Assembly: GCF_009914755.1 (NCBI RefSeq)
Contig: NC_060928.1
DNA: 64,000 bases
DNA from: the human T2T-CHM13v2.0 reference genome, Homo sapiens
Direction: 5' to 3' (one strand)
Part shown: piece by piece, positions 47,592 to 64,000 of the stretch
How positions within the stretch are numbered: position 1 is the stretch's first letter
Layout of the letters: each line of letters begins with the position of its first letter
Translations under genes and position numbers: made by a program
Notes under the pieces: generated by a model
What the model was told of the DNA's origin: nothing
What the model saw: only the letters and a program-made list of their open reading frames with translations
The model's database searches: none

Positions 47592-48043
47592 AAGTATCTG
47601 TTTTAGCAGTTATGAGACTAAACCAGGATTTTTACATTTTTAAGGAACACTCAAGATTCTGATGTAGGAAGTCGTAATATCCACTTTTATAAAACAGTGA
47701 TTTCATCTCATTTGCCCATCTTACCATGCCTTACATATTATTTAAAAAATCACATAAAACTGGGCTTTATCACTTAACATCTGTGAAACTGAATAAAATG
47801 TTTAACCTCTTCTAGTCAGTTTCCTCATCTGTAACATATAGGTAATGATAATTATGCTACAAAGATTGTTGTGAGAACTGCAATGAAATAATAAGTAACC
47901 TAGCAGTGTATGCCTACCCATAGGAAGGCACTCAATAATCATTTTTGGGTTTGTTTCCCCTTAATTAAACTCAGGAATGAGCAAACCAAACTCTTATCAT
48001 GCTGTTTTTCTTAATACCCAAACTAGTGTTAATTTAAACATAC

Positions 48044-48192
48044 CATTTTGCTGGAAACTGCAGAGCTGTATGCTAATACTAAGGTTTTTACAGAAGTACC
48101 AACATATGGTAGAACGTTATGAATTAAGCCATGGAGTAAACGTTTTTCCATTTGTGCAATGCTGATAGCAATTGATTCCTCCGCAGACTCTT
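48044..48192 (-). CDS. FBXL5: FBXL5 coding exon (149 nt)
   Basis: Boundaries ttttacag|AA GAG...ATG|gtatgt. Encodes (E)[49 protein letters not shown]. Confidence 0.94.
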
Positions 48193-48924
48193 CTGTAAAA
48201 TGAATTCAAAAGTCCAAGAACTTGATAAACTGATAATAATTAAGCTACTCAAGCGCTCACCAAATTGTTAAATATGACATACTTTGTGCTATCCTTATAC
48301 TTTCTTATGTAAACCATCCCATTTTTAGGCAATGAAAAAGTTTTGGAAAAAAATGTGAAAACTGAAAAGAACAGCAAAAGTTTTCAAGAGAAAAGAAAAT
48401 ATGATATCAAAAGAAAAATGATCCATAGTAAAACGTACTATCACTGATTCCACATAACTAAAAAGGGCACAAAGCTAGAAAAGATTTGAAACTCAACTAA
48501 ATTAGCCTGATCATAATGAATCAAGCAAAGGAAGGTACTTTAGAATTTCTAAGAAGCTAAAAATGAGCATGGCTTTTGGTTTTACTTAATAACTTCTGTA
48601 AAGCTTGGATGTTTACAACAGAATGTACTACTGTAACATCCACCATGAAAACACCATAAACTCCAATTCGAAAAAAGGAAAAAACACACTACACTAAAAA
48701 GAATGAATAATTGTATTGTATTACCTTTCTCAGGATCCTATTGTTATTATTCTTACCTAAAGACCAATTTGAATGTCTTTAAACATAAAATGATTTAACA
48801 GAATAAGTTAAGGAAGTCTCATTTAAAACAAAACTAAGTATAGCAGACAAAAGGATATCAACTAAAAGAATTTGTTACTCATGGTTCCTTGTTTAGATAT
48901 TATCCTAAATTCCTCCTTTAGCCA

Positions 48925-48970
48925 GACACAGACACACACACACACACACACACGCACACACACACACACA
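48925..48970. repeat. (CA)n microsatellite
   Basis: About 20 CA units with interruptions. Confidence 0.92.
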
Positions 48971-49096
48971 AAGATAAAATATAAGGAGATAAAAATTACT
49001 TTAGTGAGCCCTACTATAATTTTATTCCCAAACCATTCTTTTGTTTCTGTGGCCCTCACTATCTAAATGTATACTATTTACTGTGAAAATTTTAAA

Positions 49097-49201
49097 TTTT
49101 TAATTTTTTATTGATATACAATAATTATGCATATTTTGGGGGTACATGTGATACTATGGAACCTGTATACAATGTGTGATGATTAAATCAAGGTAACTGG
49201 A
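49097..49201 (-). mobile_element. Tiny L1MA 3'-end insertion (~105 bp)
   Basis: Reversed L1MA terminal motif (TTTTGGGGGTACATGTGATA) flanked by ACTGTGAAA...TTTAA direct repeats. Confidence 0.7.
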
Positions 49202-50831
49202 ACTGTGAAATCTTTAAGAAAGTTAAACATTCTATGAAAAACAATAACTTCTTAGGACAAGTAAAAAGACAAGGCAGCCAAACCGAAAAAAGCACTAAAG
49301 TAAATGACAGTTTAGTCTTTAATAATCAACAGATATATTATCTAAAAAGGCTCAATCTTTACAGCGTTAACTTTTCCTTTTCAGTATGAAGGAAATTGAG
49401 TCTTTCCTCTGGCTATCTTCAAGTATGGAGACAAATACACTGAATTTGTGAGAACCTTCAACATTCTTACCACGGGTATTATGAATTAATTTTCTAGAAT
49501 GAATAAACTGAGACTTCCTTAAGTTGACATCTGAGCAAATATCTCATCTCCTTCAGGTCTTTACTCAAATTTCCCAAAGGACCTTAACTAATCGCTCAAT
49601 TTAAAACTGCAATTTTAAATTCTTCTTGGCATGTTTTCCTTGTCTTATTTTTCTCTACAACACTTGTCACCATCTAATATGGAATATATTTTACCTGTAT
49701 TTATTGTTTGCCTCCTGTCTCTAAATTTTAAGCTCAACAAGCGCCAGTTTTGTTTTGTTTTTTTCCATTTTGTTCACCATTAGATCCTTCATACCTAAAA
49801 CAATGCCTGCCACAGGTAAGCACATCACCAAATCTATCAAACTAGAATAGACCTTTTCCTTATATAGGACATTTTGAATCTTTACATCAAAATGTGGCAC
49901 ATCTGCGTTTCATAAAAATAAACTACTTTAGCTGCTGATACAACAATCTTTATACTTACACTGTTACTTTCCACGTGTCTTTTTTCCACATTTAATTCTT
50001 TCGCCAGACCAAATTACTTTAAGCAAGTAACTTTATAAATAAAATTTCCTATAGTTTCAGTTTTACCAACTAGAAGAATGTCTCATCTGTTCATTTTTTA
50101 CTATTTTACCATCTTTTAATAATTATTATCTAGAATATCCAAGACAGAATTTGTTTTCCTCCTCACACTTCCAAATAGCATCTCTCTGCACAAGTATGAC
50201 AGCATTTTTCCATCATATACTTTAAATTAAAAATTATGTTTTCTAAATTCTCTCTCATTTGTGAGTTGTTTGGAGTAGCGATGAAGTCTTATCCATCCTT
50301 GAACTCTCCCACAGTGTTTAATGAATGGCTACATTAGTTTTTGTAATCCCTTACCATTTACAAACAATATTTATGTATATTACTTCTTAATTCTACAATA
50401 ACCTTATTAGGCAAGTATTAAGACTATCTACAAACGAGTAAGTCGACTCAACAGTTTCATCCTATTTCCCTCAAGCCATAGATGACTCAATAGATGCTGT
50501 GCAACTGATCACTTGAAGTGGTGCTAAAAATCACACTGTAAACTACAAAGCACTATAATAAACGTACATTATTTTCATAAGAAAAAAGGTACCATTTTCT
50601 GATTTTTGATTTTAATATAAAAACGAGAAATAATCCTATGCACTCTTTAAAGTACTTCAATTAATTTAAAATTTCATTATTATTCCTTCAAATTTTAAAA
50701 AGTAGTAGGCTTAGAAACACCAGTTTCTTTAGAAAACACAAAATACATAAATCTAATACCTAATAATTATGAGTACTTAATTATCAATTATTAAAACACT
50801 ATGTAATAATTTTAATTCCAAACAAGCTTAC

Positions 50832-50957
50832 CAGATTCATCAATGTCAGCATCTTCATCCCACTCATGAAAAGCACGACTTTCATCTTTCCTATTTTTCA
50901 CCCATTCATCATCAGGTTCAGTATCAAGTTCAGTTGCGGGACCACTATACCAGTCAC
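50832..50957 (-). CDS. FBXL5: FBXL5 coding exon (126 nt; acidic segment)
   Basis: Boundaries gagtag|GT GAC...TCT G|gtaag. Encodes (G)[41 protein letters not shown]. Confidence 0.94.
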
Positions 50958-51086
50958 CTACTCAATGAATAAACAAGTAAAAGGTTCAAAATAATATCAG
51001 ATTGCCTGCAATTATGAAAAACTAAGCTATTTACGATAAAAATCTCTACAAAGAGAAAACATCTGAGCCCTAGGCAATAAGCAACT

Positions 51087-53209
<2,123 letters not shown>

Positions 53210-53769
53210 TTAATTATGGTTAAAAAAAGTTACACTGAAATAAGCAAAGGATTCCATTTCAGACACACTGAGAAGAACTATGACAGGTGGGTTCGATTAA
53301 CGATAATAATCAATTAACCAAAGTTCATATTTTCCCAAAGTAAATCTTTCTCTTTCAAACTATGGAAACAGAATAATAACTACAAAAATGTACAGAGTCT
53401 GCTATGTACCTGCTATGTATCTACTTTCTATACAAAAAGTTTTTCAACTTTTTTATAGAAATAAGCTTAATGATTATCAAGTCTTGCATAAAATTTTAGA
53501 AATCACGATGAGCAAACAATTTCCCCTGCTGTCATTTCACACTGGTTCCCACAATAGCCTCATTATGATAACAGCTAATAACTAAAAGGAAGCAGGATTG
53601 TCTACTCTGTAGTCAACCAGTCAGCAGTTCAGAAGTAGATGGGAACAGAAGCAAAGGGAAAGATTAATGTAAAGCTAAACTATAAATTTATAGATCCTGG
53701 AGAATGTACTGCAACTAAATTATATGATCATGAAATGAGAGATTATGCGGAATCAATTTACTGAACTCA

Positions 53770-54067
53770 TTTTTCTGGAGACAGAGTCTCACTCTGCCGC
53801 CCAGGCTGGAGTGCAATGGCACAGTCTCCGCTCACTGCAAACTCTGCCTCCTGGACTGAAGTGATTCTTGTGCCTCAGCCTCCAAGTAGCTGGGATAACA
53901 GGAATGCACCTCCACACCTGGCTAATTTATTTGTATTTGTATTTTAGTAGACAGAGGGTTTCACCTTGTTGCCCGGGGTGATCTCGAACTCCTGAGCTCA
54001 GGCAATCTGCCTGCCTTTGCCTCCCAAAGTGCTAGGAGATTACAGGCGTGAGCCACCGTGCCTGGCC
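53770..54067 (-). mobile_element. Alu
   Basis: TSD AATTTACTGAACTC on both sides. Confidence 0.92.
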
Positions 54068-54099
54068 AATTTACTGAACTCTTAACATTACATCTAAAT

Positions 54100-54310
54100 T
54101 AAGGCTTCTCAACCTTGACAATACTGACATTTTGGGCTGGGTAACTGTTTTTGGGTGCTGTCCTGTGGATTATAGGGTGCTTAGCAACAACCCTGGCCTC
54201 TACCTACTAGATGCCAATATGATACCCAAAGATGGGGCAAACAAAAATGCCTCCAGATATTTCAAATATCCCCTGGAAGGGGGAAAAATCAATTTGATTG
54301 AGAACCACTC
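54100..54310 (+). mobile_element. MER20 (hAT-Charlie)
   Basis: TTCTCAACCTTGACAATACTGACATTTTGGGCTGG...TTGAGAACCACT. Confidence 0.8.
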
Positions 54311-54351
54311 AAAGCACATACTATAAATAAATAAAAACCGATTTCTATTGA

Positions 54352-54883
<532 letters not shown>

Positions 54884-55196
54884 TATTGGAACTTTTTGTT
54901 TAACATATTAAAAACAGAAAAAAGCAGTATATTTGAGATTTAGGTGAATTTATGAAAGCACAGCATTATCACATTTGACATTCCTATCAAATCGTGACAT
55001 AATTCTTAATAATTCTTAAAAATTAAAAATTTTTAAGCCAGAAAAAATATTTTCTGCATCCATGTTTGCCTTTTTACTAAATATTTCATTATCCTACAAC
55101 AGAAAAAATTATCCCACATAACAACTAATTATTTAGACGATATAAGTCTACCTAATATTTCAAATAGCTTCATTCAAAAAAATATCTAACAGCTTA

Positions 55197-55510
<314 letters not shown>

Positions 55511-55637
55511 GTGCTATACATTATTATAATGAATAAAATTGCTTTTAAATCAGACTCATGATTTAAATCAGACATAAAGTCATAAACAGAAAACAATTTT
55601 TAAAAATTATGTGAATTTTGAAGCTAATATTCCCCTG

Positions 55638-55945
<308 letters not shown>

Positions 55946-56660
55946 ACTCACCTAGCAGAAATTGTTTTAACTCAGTGACAGAAAAAATGTATGCTATATT
56001 AGTTGTATTTAACCCATAACTGCATTATATGTTGATGAAAAGAAAATTTTCTTTAACTGTTCACATGTGAAAGTAATTTACTATAATGATATTAATATGA
56101 AACTGTGATTCAGAGAATGTGGCATTACCAATCAAATAAAGATAGGTCAAAGGCAAAAACAGATTCACAATTATTTTGAGCCATCACCAAAATGGAGCCA
56201 TAATGGTATATCACCCTTAAATTTTATAGAATTTATTCTGTATTTTAAAAATATTCATATAATTATTATTAAACATAATTATTTAAAGCAGTTTTGAAAG
56301 CTTACTAATTGAATTTTTAACTTTTAATTCTGAAAAACAGTCAAAAGCAGAACTAGTATAATGAATCCCCATGTATCTATCACTTATCTTCAATAATTAT
56401 CAATTTTGTCAATCTTTTTGCATCCCCTCCCACAAATATATTTTCCTAATTTTTTTTAATTACAGACATCATTATAATTTACCCATGAATTTCATCACTG
56501 CTAGTTTTCCAAAAATATATACCACCAAAACATCATCTAACTATAAAATCTACTTTTTGATTGACCTCTCAGAGTTTCTCTCTCTGGCCTTGCTCATTAA
56601 TGTAAATGAATATTCATCTAGAAAAATACATGAAAATATTTTAAAAACCCATTTACCTAC

Positions 56661-56843
56661 CTCTGGCCCAATGAACAGGGTAAAGATGTTTCCAAAGCGA
56701 TCCCGTTTTTGTCAGCTGAGACCATTTCATGCTTACTTGACTGCATCGACATAACTCTTGAGGATTAAGATAGCTGAAAATTGACAGCATTACCTCAGGA
56801 GGAAGATGGGTTATACCTGTGGAGTGTTCTGACACTTCTGCTT
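56661..56843 (-). CDS. FBXL5: FBXL5 coding exon (183 nt; F-box domain)
   Basis: Boundaries tttcag|AA GCA...AGA G|gtaggt. [31 protein letters not shown] matches the F-box consensus. Confidence 0.97.
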
Positions 56844-58674
56844 CTGAAATAAAAAAGAAAAACTTTACCAGTAAAGGCTAAAGAGCATATGCAATAAGAA
56901 ATTACAATTACATTTCTATAAACAAAATCCAGTGCCTGAAGTCAATTCCTTCCTGCTTGCAAGATGTGAAAATGAAATAACATGTATTAGAGGTAACATG
57001 GGGATGTTAAACTTGTGAAGAACCAGTAGGGTTAAACTATCATGGCCCAAATCATACTTCATCAGTGGGAGCTACAATAATGAACACAGAATTAACTTCC
57101 TCTTACAAAGGCATCACAGAAAAAACAATACTCACTTTGTAGCATTAAGCAGCATCACTTGAAAAAGGAACAAAACAGGTTATACAGCTTTAAATCAACA
57201 AGTATAGAGTCAGCCAGATTATGAGATCTCCAAGGCATTTTTAATGACACACACAAATCTCATGACCTTTTCCATTTATGCATTATGACTCCTGTCAATA
57301 ATCTTGCTTGTATTCCCTCTTTGATTTTCACATTTCATACAAGAGGTCTGCGAAATCTGACTGCCTTAACCTAGAGATGCTTTAAACTACTTCAGTTATT
57401 TATGTTGCAGGTGAGACGACAAAATGTAGATATTTCTGATGTTCTTTCACATTGATAATGAAACTTTTGTCAGCAACTATTGCAGGAAGTACTTATGGAT
57501 GTATAAACCTATAATGTATTATTTCAGTAATAATTTCCAAAATAAAAATGAAAATGAAGTGTTACAATAAAAAATATAAAAGATTCATCACTAAAGTCCT
57601 ATGAAGAATTTGAGTACTTTATATATCTGATTTGTTTCACAAAGCAACTTAAATATAGAAATGCTATGATCACATTCTTTAAACTACCACTTTTAAACTG
57701 CCAAATATTTTAAACATAATACAGCTACAATTTGCTTTGAAGGAGTGGGAAAATAAAATGTAATAAGTGTGATGCTTTTAAATCCCATGTTATAATTACA
57801 ATTAAACCAGACATAACAAGTCTTAGCTTGGTATCTAAAGCACAAGCTACATTTCATAGTAAGGCATATAAGCTTTACGGGATTAATTATAGCTTAACTT
57901 GTAAAATTATTTTAGTTTCAACATGCATTTCACCTACTTTGTTAAATAAAAATAAAAGGACCAATTTCAAAAAACTCCAAGCTATTTTAACAGAAATCCC
58001 ACTGCTGCCACTAATCTTGAAGAAGCAAAGCTACTGAACATAAATAATTACTGAGGAACTAGTTTTTTTTAAAAAAAAAAAAAAGGCAGCACGTTTTATT
58101 TGCATTTCTCATTTGTATTCTCAGAGTAACAATACAGAAAAACTCTGCCTCTAGTACTCATTCCTCTGAATATTACTGGATACAAGCTGAAAAAATAATA
58201 CATAGGAAAGGATGAAAATAAACTATAAACATAACTAATTTTGAAAACCAATGAAAAAAACACAAGGAAAGAGAAAAGCAGCCACTATGGTCAATAAAGC
58301 TCAGGAAGCAGGATGATATCGCAAAAGTGCTCTGTGTAATGGTAGTTTTCAACAATTTTGACTGATTGATTTTGAGCAGGCCAGTGCTCTGTACTGGTGG
58401 TTTTCAATAATTTTGATTCATTCATATATAAATTTATTCAAGAAACACTACACTGAATATGTCCCAAGTATATGTTAAATTATCATGCACAACACTAAAT
58501 TCTAAAATGAGAACCATCGTCTTCAATTAAATTGATACATGAAAATAATGCCTTTAACTGACCACAGTGCAGGCCTAACTTGAATTATTCCTCAACCAAA
58601 ATCTACAGTTCATATCAGTAAGATGTCAATGACCTTACAACTAATAAATTGTTCTTTATATATATGAATCTCAC

Positions 58675-58861
58675 CTTTATCTGACTTTTCATCCACGGAA
58701 TATTTAAAAAACTTCTGTCGCTCTTCAGCATGATTCCATAGGCTAAGACCTCTAAGGAGTTCTGCAGTATCCTTCTGAGAGCAGTGTTGTGCAATCACTT
58801 TCTTTTTAATATCCTTAAGCTCTTCATAGGTAAAATATTCCATTAACATGGGCTGAAAAAC
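58675..58861 (-). CDS. FBXL5: FBXL5 coding exon (187 nt; end of hemerythrin-like domain and linker)
   Basis: Boundaries atttag|GTT...AAA G|gtgaga. Encodes [29 protein letters not shown]...VDEKSDK. Confidence 0.95.
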
Positions 58862-59049
58862 CTAAATTAAACAAAATATTCACGAGGAAAGATGCTTCAT
58901 TCGTGTTGATTTACTCTAAACCCTTTTAAATTATTAATGGCTCGAATGTCGTATTATGACCATATATCTCAAAAAGATAAAAATTTTAGCTGTCACCACT
59001 GAGTTAGTTTATCTAAAAATTGCAGAGAAGAGTACACCAAGAAGATCCT

Positions 59050-59365
<316 letters not shown>

Positions 59366-59654
59366 TTATGGTTTCTCCAGCTAGTAAATCAATCCAAAAC
59401 AATTTTAAAGCATAAGGACCAGAAGGCTTTCCCTTTATAGAATTTGTCACTCTTAATCATTCTGTTAGATGTTTAGGTCAGTTAACTGCCTTCTGGTACT
59501 AGAGTAACTGAACTCCACCCAAACAGGGCCTCTGCCTCACATGAGAGTAGTACCCAGTGTACTGGAACCATAAAAGTCAGAACTCTACTGAGACATTTAA
59601 CTTTTCAATATTGTTTCTGGATTTTGGAAATGTTCCCTCAAATCATTATTTTAG

Positions 59655-60040
59655 AACAGTGGTTCCTACAAGAATTATCTATGGAGATTTCTTCTGCTAA
59701 ACAGATGCTTAGTCTCAATCTCCAATTTACAGAATTAGAATCTTTAGAGGTTGGAAACAAGGCTTTTTTTGTTTTGTTTTCACTTCCACAGATAATTGTG
59801 ATGGATATCATACAGTTAAAAAACACTGGTCAGTCTAGAAATTCAGTGGTTTCAACACTGGCTGTATATTACAATGAGTTGGGGGGCCCTGAAAAAATAC
59901 CCAGGTCAATGCATGTCCTCTGATTTAACTCTGATGTAATTTGTCTGAAAAGGTCTTAAAATACTATCGGGGTTTCTTTTGTTTGTTTGTTTAAATATCA
60001 ATTTGATTATAAGGTGCAGCTATAGTTGAGAATCACTACA
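59655..60040. mobile_element. Two adjacent MER5-type hAT remnants
   Basis: CAGTGGTTC/CAGTGGTTTC starts and AAAAACACTG/TTGAGAATCACT ends. Confidence 0.55.
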
Positions 60041-60204
60041 ATAACTGATTTACAGCTGAACAGGTATTCCGTTCCTCATAAAATAATTTATCTATTTCTT
60101 ACTCTGATATTCATCCCATATTAGAGACAGAAGAAAAAGGGAAAACGTTTTGCCCATTCATTCAATGATACCCTAATACATGTACAGTAGGCTTAAGATA
60201 ATAA

Positions 60205-60511
<307 letters not shown>

Positions 60512-60958
60512 AAGACTAATACATTTAAAGCCACCATTTAAATACTAAACTACACTACTGAAAAAAAAAAAAAAAAAAAAACATGAAAAAATCTTTAAAC
60601 ATAGCATGAAAACAAAAAAATATTTAAAAGTTTAAAGAATCCTCTAAAGGTTCTGAAAAGACATTAGGGTAGCATAAGTTATTAATATTTAAGACAGAGC
60701 CATTTACAAAAAAGAAAATTAATATTTCCTGAGTAAATTAATTAAATCATCTATTCAATGAAAAGCAACAACCTTTCTGAGAAAACAAAACAAACGTTTT
60801 TTTTTTCCCTTGGGTTTTCTTTTTTCCCAAAAAGAACTGCGTTCTTCTCTCCATCAACCAGATACATCTTCCTATGCATTATTTTGAAGAGTCTCTAAAG
60901 CAAAATAGTATTTTAAGAATGTTATAAATCTAAATCACGAAAGAAAAATTATGCTTAC

Positions 60959-61054
60959 CTCCTCTTCCTCTTTCATGTGAGGAAGAAAATCTCTTGTAAA
61001 AGCCTCCAATCTCTCTTTCAGTTGTTTTGCATAATTTAACTGTTCATATTCATT
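60959..61054 (-). CDS. FBXL5: FBXL5 coding exon (96 nt; hemerythrin-like domain, HxxxE diiron ligands)
   Basis: Boundaries ttccag|AAT...GAG|gtaag. Encodes [32 protein letters not shown]. Summed exon lengths place it at residues 101-132 of a 691-aa protein, giving H126/E130. The upstream exons lie outside the window. Confidence 0.95.
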
Positions 61055-61452
61055 CTGGAAACCAAAAAAAAAATACATTTTTATAAAAGTTTCGCTTCAT
61101 TAATTATGTCTGGTCCCAGGAAGTTTAAAATGTGACATAAAACCTCCGGGGAAAAAAAAATAGACAAATTGCAAAGTGGTCTCTGTACTTTTAACATAAA
61201 AGATACCCATAAAACAGTAAGCTTTGAATTACTTTAGTAATGTATGTAACCCCATATTTTTAAAATATCATAAAAAGTCTAAAAATAGCACGTATCTGCC
61301 CACAGCTTTTATTGATGTATATATAAATTATATACATTTATATAATTTCTACATGTCAGTTCTCTTAATGTATCTCCAAGCCTAATGGACTGTATCATTA
61401 CAGAATCCCTTTATGGTCATCTAGTGTCTCCTCCACTAAAAAACTCAGAATA

Positions 61453-61897
61453 TAGTTGACCCTTGAACAACACAGGTTTGAACTGTGCGGGTTCACTTAA
61501 ATACCGATTTTCTTCTGCCTCTCCCACCCCTGCAACAGCAAGACCAACCCCACCTCTTCTTCCTCCTCAGCCTACTCAATGTGAAGACAATGAGGATAAA
61601 GACATTTATGATGATCCACTTCCACTTAATAAATAGTGAATAGATTTTTTTCTTCCGTATGATGTTCTTAGTAACATTCTTTTCTCTAGCTTACCTTACT
61701 GTAAGAATCCAGTATATATATTTTACATATAATACATGAAATAATTGTTATTCGATTGTTTTATGTTATTGGTAAGGCTTCCAGTCAACAGTAGTAGGCT
61801 GTAAGTAAAGTTTTGAGAGATTCAAAAGTTATACGTGGATTTTCAACAGCACAGGGTGTTGGCAACCCTAATCCCCATGTTGTTCAAGGGTCAACTG
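61453..61897. mobile_element. Tigger2a (MER28) non-autonomous DNA transposon
   Basis: TIRs AGTTGACCCTTGAACAACA / TGTTGTTCAAGGGTCAACTG flanked by TA, 445 bp. Confidence 0.85.
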
Positions 61898-61915
61898 TAC
61901 CTGTTAACATTATCC

Positions 61916-62217
61916 TGCCAGGCACGGTGGCTCATGCCTGTAATCCCACCACTTTGGGACGCAGAGGCAGGCGGATCACCTGAGGTCAGGAGTTCAAGAC
62001 CAGCCAGCCCAACGCGGCGAAACCCTGTCTCTACTAAAAATACAAAAATCAGCCAGGTGTAATGATGGGCACCTGTAATCCCAGCTACTCGAGAGGCTGA
62101 GGCACGGAGAACTGCTTGAACCTGGAAGAAGGAGGTTGCGGTGAGCCGAGATTGCACCACTGCACCTCAGCATGGGTGACAGAGCAAGACACTGTCTTAA
62201 AAAAAAAAAAGAAAAAA
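61916..62217 (+). mobile_element. Alu (S-type)
   Basis: Full dimer with an A tail. Confidence 0.92.
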
Positions 62218-62414
62218 TTATTTGATGTAAGGTCATATATATCAATATCAACACTTCTAAAGGCAAGGTGCTCACTATATCTTGAAGTAACTCATTCTAA
62301 TTCTGGGCAATTCTAAGGAGCTATAAACTTCTTCCTCATAACCTAAAATCACATTTCCCCACTTCTATATCAGCCCTCTCAAAGCATGTGGAAAATTTAT
62401 AAAATAATGAAAAC

Positions 62415-62725
<311 letters not shown>

Positions 62726-63654
62726 TGAAAATATTTTATCTCTGTTAAGTCTTCTCTAGTCTCTTTTTCCAGAACTAATTTATTCAACTGCTTCCCAATA
62801 TTCAGTCTAATGTCCTGTTCTCTTACGACTTTACACATTTTCCCTAAGCATATCCACATGGCTTCCATTCCTACTTATATGCTAATAATAACTATCAAAT
62901 TTGCTTTTTCATACTGGGTCACTCTTCTGACCATGAAATCCATCTTTACCACCTCCTATTCATAAATGCCCATCTGGATTACACAAGCAGTTCAAACCTA
63001 ATCTGTCAAGAATGAATCTTTTTTATTTCCTGACCCTCTTCTATATACTCTAGAAAGTCAGGCTGAATCCTCATTTTTATTTCTTTTCTCTTCTTTCATC
63101 CTCCCTTTAAGTATAATCACTACATTCTATCAATTTTATTTCCTACATAATTCTCAAGTCTGATCCCCTCCCCTTTATTTCTACTAGTCATGACTTTAGT
63201 TCAGATTTGTCGAAGGTGTATTCATGTGGCAATACATAATATGATACAAAATTCAAAGAATACGAAAGAATATTCAATAAAAAAGTAAATCTCCCTTCTA
63301 TTAATATTACTATCTAGTACCCTACCCCAACCAAACCTCCCACACCTCCCCACCAAGTAGCTACTAAGTATTCTTCCAGAAACTATTAGAATAATTTTTT
63401 AATAATGGTCTTCCTCCTTTAGTCTTTTCTTTATCTTTAATCCATCCTCCCTAAGCTGTAGAACAGCCTTTCCAGAACATAAATCTCCAGGTGAGGAGCA
63501 CATGGTGGCTTAACAGAGTTGTAACTTAAGCTTACGCTTCACCAAGCCAGAAGGGAAATAAACTAAGATCAAATTTCAAAATCCTATAATATGTAAATGT
63601 AATTAAGAAGAAAGTCTCTCTACATCATTATCCTAAACTATACCCAGTAATATC

Positions 63655-63883
63655 TTTAGCTCACTGCAACCTCCGCCTCCCAGGTTCAAGCAACTCTCCT
63701 GCCTCAGCTGGGATTACAGGCGCCTGCCACTATGTCTGGCTAATTTTTATATTTTTAGTAAAGACAGGTTTTCACTATGTTGGCCAGGCTGGTCTAGAAC
63801 TCCTGACCTCAAGTGATCCACTAGCCTCGGCCTCCCAGAGTGCTGGGACTACAGATGTGAGCCACTGCACACTGCACCTGGCT
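63655..63883 (-). mobile_element. Partial Alu with an internal deletion
   Basis: Lacks the tail end, and CCTCAGCTGGGATT shows a short deletion. Confidence 0.85.
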
Positions 63884-64000
63884 GGTATTCAATTCTAAAA
63901 CAAGTAAAAATTTATAAAATTAAAGTGTTTATTCATTCTAAGTAATAATTATACCTTTGGTCACCATTAACTGGATAGCTTTCCTTTAAGAATTCAGCAA

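Overview
This is primate, almost certainly human, genomic DNA, AT-rich and dense in repeats. I identify it from memory of the proteins as the CC2D2A/FBXL5 locus on 4p15. The + strand carries the last eight coding exons of CC2D2A (1-21316), a ciliary transition-zone protein and Joubert/Meckel gene. The - strand carries the last nine coding exons of FBXL5 (61054 down to 25614), the iron/oxygen-sensing F-box protein that targets IRP2. All exons were read by hand, have GT-AG boundaries and join in frame. The two genes converge tail-to-tail, and the ~3.5 kb gap between their poly(A) signals is mostly one near-full-length Tigger1 transposon. The introns hold >25 Alus, several L1s, L2/MIR/MaLR remnants, a solo LTR12C, a solo MER9 (HML-3) LTR, and MER1B, MER20, MER5, Tigger2a and MER82-like DNA transposons. 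I see no evidence for an entirely new gene system. The best candidates for a second look are a 75-nt near-perfect palindrome in the last FBXL5 intron, an intact LTR12C promoter antisense to FBXL5, and several splice or polyadenylation signals that could give unannotated isoforms. Repeat subfamily names are recalled from consensus sequences, and repeat boundaries without a stated TSD are approximate.
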